From positions 1 through 37,109 of the forward strand of contig CAKMZR010000001.1 in assembly GCA_929200455.1 (NCBI GenBank): a DNA stretch of 37,109 nucleotides. Reading direction: 5' to 3'. Below are positions 32,476 to 37,109 of this stretch, one piece after another (positions within the stretch are counted from its first letter, which is position 1; each line of letters starts with the position of its first letter). Under the pieces are notes generated by a model. It searched no databases, was not told where the DNA came from, and saw only the letters and a program-made list of their open reading frames with translations. The position numbers were made by a program, and so were the translations under genes. The DNA is from an uncultured Alphaproteobacteria bacterium. Lineage in GTDB: Bacteria > Pseudomonadota > Alphaproteobacteria > CAKMZR01.

Positions 32476-34179
32476 ATGAACGTCCGACCATATCAACAAA
32501 AGGCGATCCGAGATGTCTTGTCATTTTGGCAGGGCGGCGGTGAGAGTGTCATGGTGCAAATGCCGACGGGTGCGGGCAAGGGACATGTGGCGGGTGAATT
32601 GCTTAAGATATGCTCTTCACAGGTGAAATCGTCTTTATTCATTGTGCATAAAAAGACTTTGATAGATCAATTTTCACAGCGGTTCAGGACAACCCACGGT
32701 TTATCTCCTGCGATATGGTCTAATGCCAATCGGGGCATTATGGTCAGGCGGTGGATTGCGAATGAGCGGCGGTTGCGGCGGGGTGCGGTGGTGCTGGGTA
32801 CACCACAGGCGTTGACAAGAACGGGGGCTTTTCCGAGTGTTGATAAGGGTGGTTTTGAGTATGTTTTTTGGGATGAGGCACACCACATAGGTGCAGAAAC
32901 TTGGCAACTCATTCTTGATAGGTTGAGGAAAGACACGCAACTCAAGGTTGTGGGTTTTTCGGCGACTCCGATGAGGGGTAACGGTGAGGGGTTGAGCAAG
33001 TGGTTTCAAAAGTTGATTTGTCCGACAACTCCCGAAGAGTTGATTTTGGACGGGCATCTTGTGCCTGTGAAGGCGTTTGTACCAGAAAAAAAGAAGGCGA
33101 TAGAGTTGCGGGTTGCGGCGGGTGCGAAGAGGCTGGCGTTTGATGACTTTTCATCTACGGAAATCTCGGCAGGGTTGAAAAAGGTCAAGATTTGGGGTGA
33201 CTTGGCAAAGAACTATAAGAAAATTGCAACCAATCATGACGGCACGTACAAGAGGGGTGCGGTGTTCTGTGCGTCAATCCCTGATGCGGAGAGGGCTGTT
33301 GATTTGTACAACCATAGCGGGATTAATGCGGTGTGTCTTCATTCACGGATGGAAGAGCATGAGAAAGAGAACGCTCTTGACGATTTCAGAGATGGAAAAG
33401 TTGATTTGTTGGTGAGTGTCGAGATGGTGACGGAGGGGTTTGACCTGCCTGAACTAGAGGTTGTAGTTTTCTTAGCTCCGACAAGGTCTTTGATAAAGTT
33501 TATGCAATGTGCTGGGCGTATGATGCGACCTGCGGCGGGTAAGCAAAACGGCTTTATTATTGATCACGTGGGGAACGTTTTGCAACACGGCATGCCAGAT
33601 GAGCATCGCAATTGGTCGTTGGATATGGAGAAGGTGAGGGGTGACAGAGGCACCAATCAAGAAATAACAACCTTTGCGTGTGATGAGTGCGGGTTTATGA
33701 ATAGAAAAGGGGTGTTGAAGTGTGGGAATTGCGGGGTGATGTTTCCGAAGAAGGGCGGTGACGGCGGGGATGGCGATGATGATTTGTTGTTTGATGATGA
33801 TAGTGAGTTGGTGGAGGTTGAGGACAAGGAAGAGCGGAAGCGGAAGTTTGCTTTTTACAATGTCATCAACGAGGAGTTGATTAATATGCGTCTTGAAGAG
33901 CAGGAGGAGAACCCAAACATGGCTGATGACCATTTTCCGTATAAGAAATTGACCATTTACCAGACAGAATACCTGAGAGAGGCGATGAGAGAGGACTGGG
34001 ATTGGAGGGCTGAGTTTTATAGGATTATGACGCGTGAGAAAGTGCCTGCAAAATATCAACCCAAAGTTGGCGGCTTGAGAATGGCGGTGATTTGTGAGGC
34101 GATGAAGAACAACCTGAAAGAGTGGTCTGAAAAGTTTGTGACAAAAGATGAAGTCGAAGAACAAATATCAACAACTTAA
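32476..34179 (+). CDS. Superfamily 2 DNA helicase (DEAH box) with C-terminal zinc ribbon
   Basis: Motif I MPTGAGKG, motif II FWDEAHH, helicase-C-like region and CDECGF...CGNCG. Confidence 0.8.
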   Translation: MNVRPYQQKAIRDVLSFWQGGGESVMVQMPTGAGKGHVAGELLKICSSQVKSSLFIVHKKTLIDQFSQRFRTTHGLSPAIWSNANRGIMVRRWIANERRLRRGAVVLGTPQALTRTGAFPSVDKGGFEYVFWDEAHHIGAETWQLILDRLRKDTQLKVVGFSATPMRGNGEGLSKWFQKLICPTTPEELILDGHLVPVKAFVPEKKKAIELRVAAGAKRLAFDDFSSTEISAGLKKVKIWGDLAKNYKKIATNHDGTYKRGAVFCASIPDAERAVDLYNHSGINAVCLHSRMEEHEKENALDDFRDGKVDLLVSVEMVTEGFDLPELEVVVFLAPTRSLIKFMQCAGRMMRPAAGKQNGFIIDHVGNVLQHGMPDEHRNWSLDMEKVRGDRGTNQEITTFACDECGFMNRKGVLKCGNCGVMFPKKGGDGGDGDDDLLFDDDSELVEVEDKEERKRKFAFYNVINEELINMRLEEQEENPNMADDHFPYKKLTIYQTEYLREAMREDWDWRAEFYRIMTREKVPAKYQPKVGGLRMAVICEAMKNNLKEWSEKFVTKDEVEEQISTT

Positions 34180-36544
34180 AGAAGAGTTAGACGTCAGGCG
34201 GTGGCTTGGCTTAAAAAACGGAGAGGTCAATATCAGGTGTCCATCGGCATCACATAACGACAAAGACCCGTCATGCACCGTGTTTTCGGATGGTTTTTTG
34301 TGTCATGGTTGTGGTTGGAAGGGTGATATTTGCGACTACATGGTAGAGACGGGGCAGGCGAGGACCAATTCTGAGGCTTACAACCTCTTGACTGGAAATC
34401 GCGGGAAGGTTGTAGAAAAAGAGGACAAGGGCGGCGGCGGGGGTAAGGACAAGCGATATAGACCTCCTGCATTTTCACCATTTCCTGAGGGGTTCACTAT
34501 GAACCGTGAGGTTGCGGCGTCAATACCGTATCGGAAAATGGGCGATGACGGCAAGTGGGAGGTGGTGGTTGACACACCTGCGGCGGTGTATTTGTACAGA
34601 TTGGCTGATGGGCGGGTGTGTACATTGGTCTCGCGATACAACCTAGAGGATGACAAAAAGGTCTTTAAGCAGTGGTGTTGGGATCGTCGGAAGAACAAGA
34701 TGGCATCTGGCAACTCATTTTTGGACACGGAGGACGGCAAGAACAACCATCCGTTGTACAATTTGGGTGCGATTATTCAAAATGTTGGTGGTGTGGTGGT
34801 GGTGGTTGAGGGCGAGAAGTGTGCTGAGCATCTCAATAAGGGTTTTGTTGATGCGGGGCTGGAGGGGCGTTATGTTGCGACGACGTTTTTGCAGGGATGC
34901 AAGAGCGTCAAGAAGACTGATTTGCAACCATTGCGTGAGCGTGAGGTGTTGTTTTGGGCAGATAACGACAAGCAGGGCAAGAAGGCGATGGTTGAGGTGG
35001 CGGCTCTTCTGGGGATACGGTCATCTGATAATGCGAGACACGTTAAGGTTGTGGCGGGTGCGGGCAATGACTGTGCGGATATTGATGCGGCAAAGGCTGT
35101 GCAACGTGTGGTTGATACGTATGAGAAGATGGTGGAATTGCGAGAGCGTGAAAAACACGTTGAGGTTGAGGTGGTTGACGACGATGAGGACGACGTTGAC
35201 GGTGAACTTGCACGTATTTGGGCTGATGGCGATCCTGATGAGATTGAGGCACCTGTGCAATCGACAAGACCTGATGCACCACCACCGTCATGTACGGCGA
35301 ATTGCACGCACTGGTTGCAACGTGAGATAGATGAAGGCTCTTTGCAGATGAAATTCAATGAGTTGAGGGGTGAGTGGGAGGTGACGGGGGCAAAAGGGCG
35401 AATAACTGCAATCAATTCACACACGGGAGGTCTCACTGATCCGATCACGTCTGCAATTCAAGGTCATCTTGAGAGGCGTTTGGGTATACCATTGGTTGAA
35501 AAACACATCAACGCGGGGCTTGACACGCTCTCTTTATCACGTAAAAACCGCTTTCATCCTGTAAAAGACTACCTCAAGACGCTGGAGTGGGATGGTGTAG
35601 AGCGGTTGAATTACTGGTTTGCGGAGGCTTATGAACCCGATCCGATGAGGTGCGATCCCGCTTGGGTTGCAATCGCGGCGAGAAAGTTTCTTATCGGTGC
35701 AGTTGCAAGGGTGTTGGGTGAGGGTTTTGTGAAGAACGATAACATGTTTTTGATAGAGAGCAATTCTGGGGGTGTTGGTAAGTCTGAGGGGATGGAGGTG
35801 TTGTTTTTTGGTCATGTGATTTACATGAAAAAGTCTTCAGAACCATTCGGTGAAGATGCGTTGATTTCATATGGCAAGCACTGGCTGGTGAGCGATGATG
35901 ATTTTTCGGTGACGAGTAAGAAGGCTCATGAAGACCTCAAAACGTTTTTATCCCTGAAAAAAGAGGACGTGAGACGGAAGTACGCACGCAATTCTCAAAA
36001 CATGACAATAAAGTATGCGGTTGTGGGCAGTGTGAATATTCAAGGCGAGGGGCGTTATTTACCAGCGGATGACAACCTGCGGCGGTTTTGGGTGGTGTCA
36101 TCGGGGAAGAAGGCTGAGAGTGCAAAGTCGACGATTGACTACCTGAAGAGAAATCGGGATCAGTTGTGGGCAGAGGCGGTGAAGATGTATTCTGAGGGTG
36201 AACTTTGGTGGTTGACCAAGGATGAAGAGATAGATTTACAGAACAAAGCAGTGGCATCACGGCGTAAGGTCAAGACGTTGGTGGACAAAATCGACTATTA
36301 CCTCGTGAAAACGGATCACCAGTCACACTATCCAGTCGCAACTCTCCCACAGAAGGTCATCGGGGTGTCCGATTCACGCGGCATCAAAGATAGAGACATG
36401 GAGGCGGTAGCAAATCGGATGAGTGAGTTGGGCTATTCAAAGGCAAATAAGCGTGTGAGATTGATAAATGATGACGGTGTTTCATCGAAGAGTTGCACGG
36501 TGTGGTGTTGGGTGAAGAAGGGCGGCGACGGCGATGACAGTTAA
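34148..36544 (+). CDS. DNA primase (zinc finger + TOPRIM) fused to a VirE-like P-loop NTPase domain
   Basis: Zinc finger CPSASHNDKDPSC...CHGCGWKGD. TOPRIM motifs VVVVEGEKC and WADNDKQG, then an acidic linker. VirE-like HPVKDYLKTLEWDGVERLNYW and Walker A SGGVGKS. Confidence 0.8.
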   Translation: MKSKNKYQQLKEELDVRRWLGLKNGEVNIRCPSASHNDKDPSCTVFSDGFLCHGCGWKGDICDYMVETGQARTNSEAYNLLTGNRGKVVEKEDKGGGGGKDKRYRPPAFSPFPEGFTMNREVAASIPYRKMGDDGKWEVVVDTPAAVYLYRLADGRVCTLVSRYNLEDDKKVFKQWCWDRRKNKMASGNSFLDTEDGKNNHPLYNLGAIIQNVGGVVVVVEGEKCAEHLNKGFVDAGLEGRYVATTFLQGCKSVKKTDLQPLREREVLFWADNDKQGKKAMVEVAALLGIRSSDNARHVKVVAGAGNDCADIDAAKAVQRVVDTYEKMVELREREKHVEVEVVDDDEDDVDGELARIWADGDPDEIEAPVQSTRPDAPPPSCTANCTHWLQREIDEGSLQMKFNELRGEWEVTGAKGRITAINSHTGGLTDPITSAIQGHLERRLGIPLVEKHINAGLDTLSLSRKNRFHPVKDYLKTLEWDGVERLNYWFAEAYEPDPMRCDPAWVAIAARKFLIGAVARVLGEGFVKNDNMFLIESNSGGVGKSEGMEVLFFGHVIYMKKSSEPFGEDALISYGKHWLVSDDDFSVTSKKAHEDLKTFLSLKKEDVRRKYARNSQNMTIKYAVVGSVNIQGEGRYLPADDNLRRFWVVSSGKKAESAKSTIDYLKRNRDQLWAEAVKMYSEGELWWLTKDEEIDLQNKAVASRRKVKTLVDKIDYYLVKTDHQSHYPVATLPQKVIGVSDSRGIKDRDMEAVANRMSELGYSKANKRVRLINDDGVSSKSCTVWCWVKKGGDGDDS

Positions 36545-36573
36545 TGAGAACCATTATCAAAAAGCGTTCAAAG

Positions 36574-36999
36574 TGTTCACGATTGTGCGTGACCTCATGA
36601 ACATTTTCAAACCCCAGAAAACCGCGGTGTTGAACCGTGTTTACGTGCAAAACCTGTTCACTACCTATGAACAGCTACAGACCACGGATTCCGTGGCGTT
36701 GAGGGCAAAAAAGAGGTTATTTAGATTTAAAAAGGGGTTAAAGTTTTTTCAGAACACTGTTTTATGCATATTATTCATTAAATGGGGTGCAATGTGCTGT
36801 ACAGAAAAAAGTTCTGGGGTGTTTTTTTTCTTAATAACGGCTTTTTGGGCTTCAATCCCAATGCCACCGCGGGCTACAGCTGTTCACTACCAGTTAACAC
36901 CTTGCTTCAAAAACCACACTCAACCATGCGGATTTCTGCTGTTCACTGCTGTTCACTACTTCACGCACAATCGTGAACATTCCGTGAACACAATGAACA
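36574..36999. repeat. Non-coding iteron / inverted-repeat region (candidate origin of replication and/or terminase recognition region)
   Basis: Ten TGTTCA/TGAACA hexamers in 426 bp, CTGTTCACTACC twice, tandem GCTGTTCACT twice. A perfect 19-bp inverted repeat pairs 36574-36592 with 36961-36979. No credible ORF. Confidence 0.6.
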
Positions 37000-37084
37000 C
37001 ACGCTTAAACCAAAACCCCAGAAAATCAACGTTTCAAAAAAATCTACAAAGGTACTACAAAATAAAGTATGATTGCGGGAACAA

Positions 37085-37109
37085 AACACCCCCTTTTTTC
37101 GCTAATTTT
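37085..37109. repeat. Right copy of the 25-nt imperfect terminal direct repeat
   Basis: 24/25 identical to 1-25. Confidence 0.9.

Noticed and set aside
34650-35330. A 226-aa alternative-frame + strand ORF inside the primase gene
   Set aside because: It has an Arg/Trp/Cys-rich nonsense-like composition. It lies within a gene whose own frame carries zinc-finger, TOPRIM and VirE-like motifs.
36782-36976. A 64-aa ORF in the terminal non-coding region, and a 61-aa ORF at 19973-20158
   Set aside because: Neither has an RBS. Both lie across iterons, hairpins or promoter elements and have implausible composition.
1-37109. The window could be an integrated prophage flanked by att sites (the 25-nt terminal repeat)
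   Set aside because: There is no integrase, excisionase or repressor and no host-like flanking genes, and all genes are co-oriented. The repeat is kept as an open finding, but the prophage reading is unsupported.

Overview
The window looks like an essentially complete ~37.1-kb genome of a tailed dsDNA bacteriophage with a siphovirus-like layout. All ~55 credible genes lie on the + strand and are tightly packed, with many ATGA/TGATG stop-start overlaps. The left ~20 kb holds late genes: small and GpA-type large terminase, portal, HK97-type prohead protease and major capsid, head/tail genes, tape measure and distal tail proteins. It also holds a lysis cassette (membrane proteins, 3TM holin, tRNA-CAU, GH108 endolysin) and a 1068-aa tail fibre. 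The right ~17 kb holds early and DNA-metabolism genes: a frame-split Dam methylase, an SprT-like metalloprotease, an HTH protein, and a PD-(D/E)XK exonuclease with a RecT-like annealase. A HAD phosphatase, an SF2 helicase and a primase/VirE-type P-loop protein follow. I found no integrase, repressor, CRISPR array, reverse transcriptase or recognisable defence system. The unusual content is mostly non-coding. (1) Six dispersed copies of a ~100-bp near-consensus promoter plus conserved leader cassette divide the early region into operons. (2) A 22-bp perfect palindrome TTTTGCATCGTACGATGCAAAA occurs four times: twice in frame inside the capsid and tail-fibre genes (both read FASYDAK), and twice intergenic fused to a G-rich element. 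(3) A promoter-driven structured RNA plus a tRNA sits inside the lysis cassette. (4) A 565-bp non-coding region after the primase gene is packed with TGTTCA/TGAACA iterons and bounded by a 19-bp inverted repeat. (5) A 25-nt imperfect direct repeat lies at both window ends. (6) One early gene is a C-rich compositional outlier. Protein functions are motif recognition by eye, with no database search, so family names are provisional.
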